56,042 nucleotides of DNA from Thermoplasmata archaeon (GTDB lineage Archaea; Thermoplasmatota; Poseidoniia; Poseidoniales; Thalassarchaeaceae), in the NCBI GenBank assembly GCA_002727675.1, contig PBXQ01000054.1, positions 1 to 56,042 on the forward strand, in the 5' to 3' direction. Below the pieces are notes generated by a model, which saw nothing but the letters and a program-made list of their open reading frames with translations, was not told where the DNA came from and ran no database searches. Both the position numbers and the translations under genes were made by a program. Below, piece after piece: positions 19,196 to 28,769 of the stretch; position 1 is the stretch's first letter; every line of letters begins with the position of its first letter.

Positions 19196-20016
19196 ATATG
19201 GTCACCTCTCTTCAAGTTTTTAATCCTCAGTCGTAGCAAGTTACTCCTTCCCTCGTAATGTCTACTAAATCCATACCTTAGGAAGAACCCACAGAAAATA
19301 ATTACTGAAATCACTGCTCCAAAACCGAGCAAACCAAGCCAATGTGCTCTGAAAGGTGCTCCCATGCTGTGTAAGTCGATGTGCCCACTATCTACTACTG
19401 GCGCAGCAATATTTCCATCACCAGCAAAAACCATGCGTGTATTTCCGTCGTCATTTCCTTCGGTGATTGAAAATGAGAGTCTATTGTATGAGTCGGGCGC
19501 AGTAGGTGCGCCATTCCCATCAACAGAATTTCCAGCCACCCAGAATTTCACATCACCAGTGCCGCTAGAAGGCGGGGTCCAAGTTACTAACCACATACGA
19601 TCTGTAACTTCAGCTCCTTCAGAGGTGTGGGTCATTGTTTGTGGGGAGCCATCATTATGGACTAAACTGCCATAGCCTTCTGCTGCTGAGAAGGATCCAC
19701 TAGATGCTCGCATTGAAAAACCACCTGTATTATGGCCGGGGTCAATTTCGGGTCCTCCAATTAGTTGGATAGTAAACGTATAGGTGCTATCTTCAGACCA
19801 CATGTATGGCAAGCCATCAACTAGCAATGTGACACTATCTGATGGTGCTACAAGATTATTTGTGTGGCAGGTACAACCATTTTTTGCGACATCGGTTTCG
19901 CCCGCTGCTTGGTCTCCTGTAATGCCGTCAGATTCCGCTATTGAGGTGCTCGCTAAAAGTAGCGCAGTAAGCAGAAGAATTAGCGGCATTTTCAAGTCAT
20001 TGATTTTGCCACCCAT
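19192..20016 (-). CDS. Secreted, C-terminally anchored Reeler / choice-of-anchor-V-like protein
   Basis: Signal peptide, GCTCH, GGFSM, THT, WLVTWTPPSSGTGDVKFWVAGNSVDGNG, C-terminal TM. Confidence 0.7.
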   Translation of the reverse strand: MGGKINDLKMPLILLLTALLLASTSIAESDGITGDQAAGETDVAKNGCTCHTNNLVAPSDSVTLLVDGLPYMWSEDSTYTFTIQLIGGPEIDPGHNTGGFSMRASSGSFSAAEGYGSLVHNDGSPQTMTHTSEGAEVTDRMWLVTWTPPSSGTGDVKFWVAGNSVDGNGAPTAPDSYNRLSFSITEGNDDGNTRMVFAGDGNIAAPVVDSGHIDLHSMGAPFRAHWLGLLGFGAVISVIIFCGFFLRYGFSRHYEGRSNLLRLRIKNLKRGDHI

Positions 20017-20195
20017 GCTACCCTCAACCTATGATGAAAGGGCCGAATTGTTTGGGTCTAATAATCGTTTGCTGAACGCTATATGATAGGTCGCTTTCAG
20101 TGACGTATTTATTACGATGTCAGAGGCTTCATTTTTGGATTTAATTTTGGCATAATTTATTTGATGAATAGATTAATCATAAACTTGTATTTGGG

Positions 20196-20507
20196 ATGAG
20201 TATGGCTGAACGCGGGTGGGTGAATATTTACAATTTGACTGATGCTCAGATTATTGATATTGATGAGGCAGAGAGTAAGATGGAAATGCATGATTTGACT
20301 GGAGCGGAAGAAATCCTAATTAGGATGTTGAATGAAGATAGTGAATGTGTCCCCGTATTGAGTAACCTTGGTAATCTGTATGGAAAATATTTTTATGAGT
20401 TTGAGAAGGCAGTAGAATATTATTCCAAGGTTCTTGAGATTGAACCAGATAATGCTTGGGCTAGGGATGAAAGAAGAAGGTATCAAAGATATGCCTCATA
20501 TGATTGA
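20196..20507 (+). CDS. Small TPR protein
   Basis: VLSNLGNLY..EFEKAVEYYSKVLEIEPDNAWA TPR consensus. Confidence 0.8.
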   Translation: MSMAERGWVNIYNLTDAQIIDIDEAESKMEMHDLTGAEEILIRMLNEDSECVPVLSNLGNLYGKYFYEFEKAVEYYSKVLEIEPDNAWARDERRRYQRYASYD

Positions 20508-20540
20508 TTTTCAATATACCCAAAGTTCAACCGCTTAGTC

Positions 20541-21458
20541 ATGTTGGGTGTTGTTGTGCACGATGGTAGTCTCTTAATCGCTGGTGTCGGTAGTCTAGGA
20601 TCTATTTGGGCCAAAAGAGCACATGAAAATTGTAGTGACTATTGTGATTTATTGCTAGTTGATTCTGATGAAGCCTCATTTGAAGATTCTAGGCACGCTC
20701 ATTGTGTTCCTTTGGGAGATTTATCTAGTGAAGGATGCGCCGCCCTCCCAGAATTAGCGGCCTCCCATTTCATGAAGGCTACAGCGATCATGGATAAAAT
20801 TCTGGAGCCAGTCGAATTATTGATTTTACTAACATCTCTAGGTGGTGGTGTTGGTTCAGGCTCAGCACCTTTACTTGCTTCACAAGCTAGGCGTAAAGGT
20901 GCGTTAGTAATTTCAATAGCTGGGATTCCGTTTGATGATCACCCGACTCGTCGAGAAATTGCATCTTCAGCCTTCAATAGATTGGATGAATCTTCTGATG
21001 TTTGTGCCAAATTATCTCTTGACCGCCTTGCATGGCAAGCACGGAGTAGAGGCGTGGACTGGAGAAAACACCCTTCATGGATAGAGGAATTAGTCCAAGG
21101 ATTGGTTCTTACTTTAGGGCAAGTGGGTATTATCAACTTGGATTTAATGGATTTGCGTTCAGTTGTTTCTAGAAGTGGGGCGGCTACAATGGTTGTTGCT
21201 GAAGGGGATCCGAATGATCCTGAATCTATTTTCTTGCAAGCACTTTCAGCTCCGTTGGCATCTTTAGATGTTAGTGGGTCTACTGGTTGCCTATTGCAAT
21301 TAGAAGGTGGGCGGCAAATGTCAATTTATCAGATGGAGAAGGTTGCAGATGCATTTACAAGAGGTTTAGATGAAAATGCACAAGTAATTATTGGCGCTAG
21401 GCATTCCGATGGTTTGGATGGTAAAATAAGAGTTGTAGCAGTAGTAAGTGGGCTTTAA
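20541..21458 (+). CDS. Divergent FtsZ/tubulin-family protein
   Basis: LGGGVGSGSAP (tubulin signature variant), IPF, INLDLMDLRSV (T7 loop), VIIGA..IRVVAVVSGL C-terminal domain. Confidence 0.8.
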   Translation: MLGVVVHDGSLLIAGVGSLGSIWAKRAHENCSDYCDLLLVDSDEASFEDSRHAHCVPLGDLSSEGCAALPELAASHFMKATAIMDKILEPVELLILLTSLGGGVGSGSAPLLASQARRKGALVISIAGIPFDDHPTRREIASSAFNRLDESSDVCAKLSLDRLAWQARSRGVDWRKHPSWIEELVQGLVLTLGQVGIINLDLMDLRSVVSRSGAATMVVAEGDPNDPESIFLQALSAPLASLDVSGSTGCLLQLEGGRQMSIYQMEKVADAFTRGLDENAQVIIGARHSDGLDGKIRVVAVVSGL

Positions 21459-22750
21459 CCATCAATCAATTCAATTTCGTCTATATCCAATTCACCATGT
21501 TCGTTATTCTTTTTTTGACTAAATTCATCTTTTTGTTCACTATCTTCTTTACTTTCAGATATCAATTCATCGGCATAAATAGAAATTAATCGTGAATGTT
21601 TATTTATTACAATTGGATACAAAATAATTATTGTTAAAGCAGTAATAATGTGCCCTATTGCCATTGTAGTTGCAATGTTATTCCCTCCTATCCCGTTTGT
21701 GATATTGGATATCATAGCAATACTTCCAGCATAACCAAAACCAAAAGATAAGCCCCAGAATAATGCATTATCACTCGTGAACAATTTACCACCTTTACTC
21801 ACATTTCTACTAGCAAGTGCCCATATGGCAAGAACTACAGTTAGTAACATTAACACAAACTCTTCTAAAATCATAGTAATTGGTGAAGGGTCATCAATTA
21901 GTCTTCGCCATGCACTAGCAATGTGCCAAATGATAAAAATTTGAGAAATTAATCCCCATCTATTTGCTAAAGTAGCTCCACCTCTGGTTAGAGTAATTTC
22001 TCTAAGTTTTCCTGAATGTAAAAATATCAATACGATTTGTAGTAATATTGAGATAATAACGAATCCAAACCACTTAAAATTATTATCACCTTCAAAACCT
22101 GAACTATAACCATATCCAATAATAATGGAAAATGTAACCACCCCAATCAATTGGCCAATTATAGCGCCAAATAAAGTACCTTCGCGAGCTGTAGAGTCTG
22201 TGATTTTAGTACTACTTGAAATCCAAGCATAAGTACTACTTTTGAAAGAACTACCCTGCCCTATAGACCAGACTAAGAAGAGGGATGCTAGTCCAAAAGG
22301 AACCCAATCTTTTATGGAATCATTATTACTAGAAATTATACTGATAATTAAGGCAATAATTGAACTAATAATTATTGGAACGCTCCAAGATCTTATTGAT
22401 CTCATTATCAATGATTTTATCCATGAATCTGATGATATTTCATTTACTCTAACTAGGTTAAAAATTGCATCCCACCTAGTCGCAGTTGCAGTGATAGCGT
22501 AACCAAATGAAAGAGAAATGAACCCAATAGCTGAAAAATACAACAGACTATATATTTGAGCAAAAGCATAGAGGGTTGATGAAAGCATCATTAGTAGAAT
22601 AATGTGTGGTAGTGTTTTCAAATCTAATAATGTTGACAATAAATCCCCGAGGCCAAATTTTTCTTGTTTTATTGAATAATCATTATTTTCTTCCGAGGGG
22701 CCAAATGGTTCATTTTCTCCTGTAAGAAAATCGTTTTCTTCCTCGTCCAC
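21455..22750 (-). CDS. Polytopic membrane protein, unknown function
   Basis: About 10 hydrophobic segments with acidic termini. Confidence 0.7.
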   Translation of the reverse strand: MDEEENDFLTGENEPFGPSEENNDYSIKQEKFGLGDLLSTLLDLKTLPHIILLMMLSSTLYAFAQIYSLLYFSAIGFISLSFGYAITATATRWDAIFNLVRVNEISSDSWIKSLIMRSIRSWSVPIIISSIIALIISIISSNNDSIKDWVPFGLASLFLVWSIGQGSSFKSSTYAWISSSTKITDSTAREGTLFGAIIGQLIGVVTFSIIIGYGYSSGFEGDNNFKWFGFVIISILLQIVLIFLHSGKLREITLTRGGATLANRWGLISQIFIIWHIASAWRRLIDDPSPITMILEEFVLMLLTVVLAIWALASRNVSKGGKLFTSDNALFWGLSFGFGYAGSIAMISNITNGIGGNNIATTMAIGHIITALTIIILYPIVINKHSRLISIYADELISESKEDSEQKDEFSQKKNNEHGELDIDEIELIDG

Positions 22751-22802
22751 ATGACGCCCAAGCGTCCACTCCTGTTAAGTCCGATGCACACACGCGTGAA
22801 TT

Positions 22803-23108
22803 ATGGCTAAGTTGGGCAAGGCTTCCCGCGATAAGTCTCGCTGGGTTGGATTGAGACTTGATCAACCAGTTAATCAAAGGTCGGAATTAGAATCATTAAT
22901 CTCTCAAATTGAATCAATAGGTAGTAATTTTAGATTATATGATTTTGTTGATAATAAAGCAATAATACTTATGTCACTAGATACTTACATGAGTTCTAGG
23001 TTTGATTTAGAACAAGGAGTTGGTGGTATGAAATCTATAACCAGTTCTGGTAAAATAAAATTAGTAAGAGAAAGATTGGGTATAGTGGTAAAAAGGCGCA
23101 AGAGATGA
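22803..23108 (+). CDS. Rpp14/Pop5-like RNase P protein
   Basis: KSRWVGL N-terminal motif and TSSGKIKLVRERL resemble Pop5 RxRY / SGTIK motifs. Confidence 0.55.
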   Translation: MAKLGKASRDKSRWVGLRLDQPVNQRSELESLISQIESIGSNFRLYDFVDNKAIILMSLDTYMSSRFDLEQGVGGMKSITSSGKIKLVRERLGIVVKRRKR

Positions 23109-23112
23109 AAAT

Positions 23113-25695
23113 TTAATCATGTTTAGCTGCCCATGCATCCTCTACTGAAAGAGCTCTATTTTTCAATGGGATTATTTTTCTATATATTTCATATGGTGAC
23201 TTAATCTCACCTTCAACAGTTAGAAGCCTAACTAAAGGAATGCCAAAGTGTTCTTCATTTTGAATTAATAATGGTTCGATAATATCCCAATCCTTATCTG
23301 ATAATTCAACGAATTCACCCCCATTTAATTGTGATGATGATAAAATTTCATGTGGGTCTCTGACATATATTGCTCCTCCACTTGAAAGACTGAACAGGTT
23401 TCCACCAGGGTATGGTGTTTCTAGTTCTGTAATTGAACCAGATTGGTCAAATTTAATCCCGTTGATAATAACAAATCCACCCCCTTCTAGTGGATCTCCA
23501 GCCATGAATGACTCTGCCAAATAATCTAAAGCAGTCCCATTAATTACTAGTTTTGGACCTCCTACAGAGTTAATCATTGGCCTACCTGCGGCGTTTCCTT
23601 GGACAAACAAACGCCCACCTTTTGCTCCATATCCATAGCACTGTCCCACATCTCCATGAACCACCAAGGTACCTTTCTTGTAAATTTGAGCAACTTGATC
23701 CTGGGCATTTCCGTGCATATGGATTGTCATCCCATCACTCCCACTTCCAAGATAATCTCCAACACTACCAAATACATCTATTCTAACATCTTCAGTTTCC
23801 ATTCCAAAACCATTGCCAATAAACCGGTGTCCTCGGCAGTGAGTGACACAGAAATTTTTCCATCCTGATTGGTAAAGTGCTACTAATTCACGGGCTAGAG
23901 ATTCAGTTCCTTCTATGGGATATGGTCTTGCATCTACAACAATAGATTGCGTGAGGTTTTCTGGTTCTGGAATATGTCCGGGAGATTTTTGTCCAATGAA
24001 GTATTCGCATGGTTTTGTGCTAGAATGATTTAATATTTCCATTATTGAATCCTCTACTAAATCAAGCCAACGGCTTGTTCTAAGTTTACCAGTGTCATAT
24101 TTTCTATTTAGCAATAAACAAAGTAGTTCAACAGCTTGTTTACGTGATTTTTCACTTGCAAATGAACTAATTTCAGATAGTAGTGCTCTTGCTGAAGGCC
24201 AATCAAACTCGGAAATATTTGATGACAATTCGGGGAATATTGTTGTGGGCGACCATTCTTCTGGCCATTGAAAACCTGAAGTCAATGCTGAATTTTCTAT
24301 TTGGTAATTACCTGGGGGGTGGGTGTTAATCAAATCTCCAAATTTGTTTTTCATTACTAATTCATGTGTCCCATCTTGATTTGGATTTACGTCAAAAATG
24401 AATGACCCTCCGTCAGTGTATGATCCTCCTCTAGCATTCCAATATTCATCACATCGTCGCCAGAAACGATTATCTTCAGAAGACAAACTTTCCAATACTG
24501 CATCAATAACTTGCTTTTCTGAACCACAGAAAGCAATAGCCACCTCTCCTCTTTGATATGAGAATACTTGTGGGCGTAGCATACTTGTGTCAGTAATTCC
24601 AATTAATTGATGAGATTTGCCATTTGCTTTTGCAATTATGAAGAACCATGGTCCATCGGGAGAGCCGTGAATATGGGTTTTTTGAATGGCTTCGTAAACT
24701 TCTTGTTTTTCATCGGGGAGCATGATAAAATCTAATTCACCTGTAGGTGCTAGACTTTCTATTACATATTCGATGGGATATCCATAAACTCGTGAATGTA
24801 AATCGAATCCTAATGCTGCAACTTCTGTGTCAGTGAAGAATAATGGCTCCATTCCTCTTTGTCCTAGGTAGTCTTTGACTGACACATAATTGGAGAAGTC
24901 GCCGTTATGAACCAATGCTACATCAATACCCTGCCCAAATGGGTGTGCGCCACCAGGGTGTGTGACTCTTCCTCTAGTAGGGTATCTGTGATGGCCAATC
25001 CATACATGTGCAGTCACATCATCTAGTCTATAGAATCTAATCACGTCTTCTGCATAGCCAACAATTTTGAGAATTATCATATTTTGTCCATGGCTTAAAA
25101 CAAACGCATCAGCACGTTGATCTTTAGCGTAGAATTCAACATTTAATCTGTGAGTGTTCTGGAAAAGCATTTCATCCCACATTGCTTTTTTATTACTGAA
25201 GTCTTCTTCCTTGAGATTCCCTTCTGACAAGAATTTTTCTACAGCAGAAGGTTTTGGGCGTATGAAATAACAAACAACCTCTGGTGGTTTGACTTCTAAG
25301 TTTGGCAAATCTTCCCAATTTTTCATAGTGGAAACTTCATGAATGTGATCAACTTCAAATGAATTATGAATAAATTGTTTTTCAACGTCTTTTCTTACAG
25401 ATTCATCAGAGTAAGCTATTGCGTACAAATAGTCGTTTTTGAGAATCTCTTCACTAACTCCAAATTGTTCGTGGTTTAAGCCCACCATGGCAACACCTCC
25501 GCCCTTCCCATTACCTCTATTCCTCATTTGTTCAAGGGAGTTGAACAGATGTTTTCCAGCAACTGGTATTTCACAAGCTAAACCTACGACTCCGCAACCA
25601 CCCTCAGCAGCATCATCTTCATCGAATTCTATTTTAGGTAGGCTATTGTTCATAATTCTTCTAGAATTTAACAAAGCATCATGGTTTGACATCAA
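23113..25695 (-). CDS. Glutamate synthase-like subunit: Ntn glutamine amidotransferase + GXGXG domain fusion
   Basis: EGGCGVVG nucleophile, RNRGNGKGGG, HHRYPT, AHPF, HNGDF, TDTEV; C-terminal GNAQD/GDVG/GNAAGR GXGXG repeats. Confidence 0.85.
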   Translation of the reverse strand: MMSNHDALLNSRRIMNNSLPKIEFDEDDAAEGGCGVVGLACEIPVAGKHLFNSLEQMRNRGNGKGGGVAMVGLNHEQFGVSEEILKNDYLYAIAYSDESVRKDVEKQFIHNSFEVDHIHEVSTMKNWEDLPNLEVKPPEVVCYFIRPKPSAVEKFLSEGNLKEEDFSNKKAMWDEMLFQNTHRLNVEFYAKDQRADAFVLSHGQNMIILKIVGYAEDVIRFYRLDDVTAHVWIGHHRYPTRGRVTHPGGAHPFGQGIDVALVHNGDFSNYVSVKDYLGQRGMEPLFFTDTEVAALGFDLHSRVYGYPIEYVIESLAPTGELDFIMLPDEKQEVYEAIQKTHIHGSPDGPWFFIIAKANGKSHQLIGITDTSMLRPQVFSYQRGEVAIAFCGSEKQVIDAVLESLSSEDNRFWRRCDEYWNARGGSYTDGGSFIFDVNPNQDGTHELVMKNKFGDLINTHPPGNYQIENSALTSGFQWPEEWSPTTIFPELSSNISEFDWPSARALLSEISSFASEKSRKQAVELLCLLLNRKYDTGKLRTSRWLDLVEDSIMEILNHSSTKPCEYFIGQKSPGHIPEPENLTQSIVVDARPYPIEGTESLARELVALYQSGWKNFCVTHCRGHRFIGNGFGMETEDVRIDVFGSVGDYLGSGSDGMTIHMHGNAQDQVAQIYKKGTLVVHGDVGQCYGYGAKGGRLFVQGNAAGRPMINSVGGPKLVINGTALDYLAESFMAGDPLEGGGFVIINGIKFDQSGSITELETPYPGGNLFSLSSGGAIYVRDPHEILSSSQLNGGEFVELSDKDWDIIEPLLIQNEEHFGIPLVRLLTVEGEIKSPYEIYRKIIPLKNRALSVEDAWAAKHD

Positions 25696-27017
25696 TTGCC
25701 GCCCCCTAAATATTTCAATAAATCAGTTCTGCCTACTAATTTTTTAACATCGTCAAGTCCCAGTTTGCTTAATATATCTCTAATTCTCCATTGTATTGCG
25801 GTATAGTAATTATCCAGTCTTTTGATTGCCCATTCTTGTTGGATCCATTCTTGCAGTTCTATGTCGGTGGTAGTTAATCCCCAAGGGCACCCTCTGCCTG
25901 ATGGCCCACCCTCACAGTTGGAGCATCTAGTGCAACCCATTGCAACTAAATCACTAGTTCCTAATACTACCCCGTCGGCACCAAGTGCAATTGCTTTGGC
26001 AATATCGTCTCCAGTCCTAATCCCGCCACTTGCAATCAAAGTGACTTTGTCTCTAATTCCTTCTTTAATTAAGAATTTATGCACCTTTGGTATGGCTAAT
26101 TCTATTGGCATTGCAATATTTTTCTTTGCTATTTCTGGAGCGGCTCCTGTTCCACCAAATCCACCGTCAAGGTGGATAATATGTGCTCCAGCATAGTATG
26201 ATCCTACAGCAACCATATCAACATCGTGAGGTGTTGAGACTTTAACTGAAATTAATGCATTTGGATTTACAGTTTGTATCCAATCAATATGCTTGGAGTG
26301 GTCCTCAACTGAATATGTTGAGTGGAATGGGAATGGGCTAAATAAACTAACAAAGGGGACGCTTCCTCTCATTTTAGCTACCTCTTCCCCGGCTTTAGAT
26401 GCTAGCAAGTGTCCTCCCAATCCTGGTTTTGCCCCCTGTGCATACTTGAATTCCACAATTGGGGCTGCTTGGATTGACCTTTCTTCTACTCCAAAATAGC
26501 CCGTGGCTACTTGAGTTATTACGTGATCTTTACATTGGTATAATTCCTCGGGATATCCTCCTTCTCCCGTTGACATGTAAGTATTCCATTTCTTTGCATT
26601 CATAGCACGGGCCATCATGACGTTTACAGAAACAGAACCATAAGACATACCACCTCCATAAATTGGAATTGGGGGGTTTAGTTTTGCTCTTTCATCTCCT
26701 CTGCGGTTTAGTGGAATACCAGTTTCAATTTCGTCAGAATTTTTAATCCAATCTTTTTCAGAAATATATTTGAATTCTAATTTGTCAAATCCACCGTTAC
26801 TATCTCCGGTTTTATAATTTAGATTTTCAGGTACTTTTCCAGTAGCTGCCATATGCCAAGTTGATAGAATTAGTTCATCTGTCCACCTTGCGTCACCTAG
26901 GGCAGGGGGGATTTCAAATTCACCAAATGCTATGGCATCCATACCATCATGCATTAGATGTGTTGTTTTGTTAATCAAATCAATACTGGGTTTCTTTGGT
27001 TCTTTACTCATGGCCAT
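25692..27017 (-). CDS. Glutamate synthase FMN-binding subunit (GltB2-like) with [3Fe-4S] motif
   Basis: GMSYGS, STGEGG, QVATGYFGV, KYAQGAKPGLGGHL, GGTGAAP, ASGGIR, CTRCSNC..CPWG. Confidence 0.9.
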   Translation of the reverse strand: MAMSKEPKKPSIDLINKTTHLMHDGMDAIAFGEFEIPPALGDARWTDELILSTWHMAATGKVPENLNYKTGDSNGGFDKLEFKYISEKDWIKNSDEIETGIPLNRRGDERAKLNPPIPIYGGGMSYGSVSVNVMMARAMNAKKWNTYMSTGEGGYPEELYQCKDHVITQVATGYFGVEERSIQAAPIVEFKYAQGAKPGLGGHLLASKAGEEVAKMRGSVPFVSLFSPFPFHSTYSVEDHSKHIDWIQTVNPNALISVKVSTPHDVDMVAVGSYYAGAHIIHLDGGFGGTGAAPEIAKKNIAMPIELAIPKVHKFLIKEGIRDKVTLIASGGIRTGDDIAKAIALGADGVVLGTSDLVAMGCTRCSNCEGGPSGRGCPWGLTTTDIELQEWIQQEWAIKRLDNYYTAIQWRIRDILSKLGLDDVKKLVGRTDLLKYLGGGN

Positions 27018-28525
27018 TATTTGCCACCTCCTACATATCCATCAATATCTGAAAATGCTTCGTCTTCTAGGTGAGAACACCACATGGCGCGACCAATTTC
27101 TCCTCGTAGTCTTCTTACTTCTCTAACACCCATAGCACCAAGAATCTCGAGCATTTGATCCCTCCATGAACAAGTTAAATTGACAATTCTTTGAATTGCC
27201 CAATCTTCGGTATATTTTCGTGGGAATTTTGCACCGTAGTCATTGCTTGATAAATCACCGTTTAATCTAGCTTGCATTGCAATCAACAATGGTTGATTCA
27301 AGCCCACAGCATCTAGTCCACAGATTATGGCTTTTGGAAGGTGATCAGCAGCTACAATTACGCCAGTGTTTAGCAAAGTAACCTTGTCCCTAAAACCTGC
27401 ATCTAGCAATTTTTGGTGGGCTTCTAACAATAAATCCATGATAAAACGGCCACCATCTCCTATTCCATGATTATCTGCAACAAAATGAATCACAGGGACA
27501 TTTGATAACATCATTTCATCTAATTTCTGTTGCCATCCTTGGGCAAATTCAAGTCTAACCCCAACAATAATGTCTGGGCAATCAGAAACAACTCTATCAT
27601 AAGATTTAGAATCCCAGCCATCTAACTCAACCATCCTTGTACCTGATTTGAATGATTTAGCACAATCTAGGGAATTTAATGGGATTATAGGTACTACAGA
27701 CGGGCTTGCCAAATTATTCGCAAGCACTATTTCAGAAGGTAAAATGGCTAAAGTATCTACATTTTCTGCAGATTTCTTCCAAATTTTGGCTAATTTATTG
27801 CTGATTATTTCATTTGGGGGGGCATCATAAATGAAAGGGACTTGAATGGTGAACATTCTTGGCCCTTCGCTAATCAAATTACCATCATTATCAAATTTCA
27901 AACTTAGTGGCTTAGATCCAATATCAACAATCGTGCTAATTAATTCCCTTCCATGAATTCCATCTCTGCTCGGCCTGACAATTTCTGACATGTCTGTAAA
28001 CATACCATCCCACCCAGGTCCTCCAAAGCGCCCACGGTACCCTTGCCCACGAACAGGCACAGTACCTTTTCTCGCTTCTTCATCAATTGTTGAAATGATT
28101 TTGGAGTTCAGATAATTATCACCCATAGCTTTTCTTTTTGGGTTATGCTCAACAGTCACAAAATCAGGGTGCTGGACAGTACAACGTAAGCAACCTACAC
28201 ATTTTTCTGGCCTAGGTGAAAATCCTCCGACAGGGCCAGAAAAAACTCCGTAGGTGCATGGTCTTGAAAAGACAACATCCCATTTCCCCCAATAAGTGAA
28301 AGTTTCACTAATTATTAGTTTGGCAAGTCCTATTTTTCCAACTTTAACAATAAATCTGTTAGGTAAAGCTTGATAATCACGAGTTTCCAATGCTTCAATG
28401 TGGTATCTATGATAACTATCAGCTCGCTCACGAGAAATTTTTGCAAACTCTTCCATTGTTAATTTAGAATTAGAATCCAATTTCTGCCCCTCCTCCTTTT
28501 CTTCACTTTTGTTCAACAGTTGCAT
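27017..28525 (-). CDS. Degenerate glutamate synthase FMN-barrel paralog with N-terminal Fe-S motif
   Basis: CTYGVF..CVGCLRC, DMSEIVRP.RDGIHGRE, KAIICGLDAV, EILGAMGVREVRRLRGE; lacks GAKPG/GEGG. Confidence 0.75.
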   Translation of the reverse strand: MQLLNKSEEKEEGQKLDSNSKLTMEEFAKISRERADSYHRYHIEALETRDYQALPNRFIVKVGKIGLAKLIISETFTYWGKWDVVFSRPCTYGVFSGPVGGFSPRPEKCVGCLRCTVQHPDFVTVEHNPKRKAMGDNYLNSKIISTIDEEARKGTVPVRGQGYRGRFGGPGWDGMFTDMSEIVRPSRDGIHGRELISTIVDIGSKPLSLKFDNDGNLISEGPRMFTIQVPFIYDAPPNEIISNKLAKIWKKSAENVDTLAILPSEIVLANNLASPSVVPIIPLNSLDCAKSFKSGTRMVELDGWDSKSYDRVVSDCPDIIVGVRLEFAQGWQQKLDEMMLSNVPVIHFVADNHGIGDGGRFIMDLLLEAHQKLLDAGFRDKVTLLNTGVIVAADHLPKAIICGLDAVGLNQPLLIAMQARLNGDLSSNDYGAKFPRKYTEDWAIQRIVNLTCSWRDQMLEILGAMGVREVRRLRGEIGRAMWCSHLEDEAFSDIDGYVGGGK

Positions 28526-28620
28526 CTGCTGCCCCCCGTAGGGGCTGTTGTCGGCGCGCCACGCCTTTAATCATTGAGTCGCCTCCGTACATTCTTAACC
28601 GCTAATACTATTCATTAGTT

Positions 28621-28641
28621 CACAATAATTCAATAATTGTG
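28621..28641. promoter_or_regulatory. Inverted repeat CACAAT-N9-ATTGTG, candidate operator in the divergent promoter region of the glutamate synthase-like operon
   Basis: cacaataattcaataattgtg is a near-perfect palindrome in an AT-rich intergenic region. Confidence 0.4.
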
Positions 28642-28769
28642 TTCATTCGTTCATCCTTTGGCCATTCTTTTAACCGTATGATATTTTACCGTTTCCTTCA
28701 AACATTTATCATAATTCTTGCCTTAATTTTAGGGGCGATATTCATGATGTGTTGCTTAGTCGGGCAATT

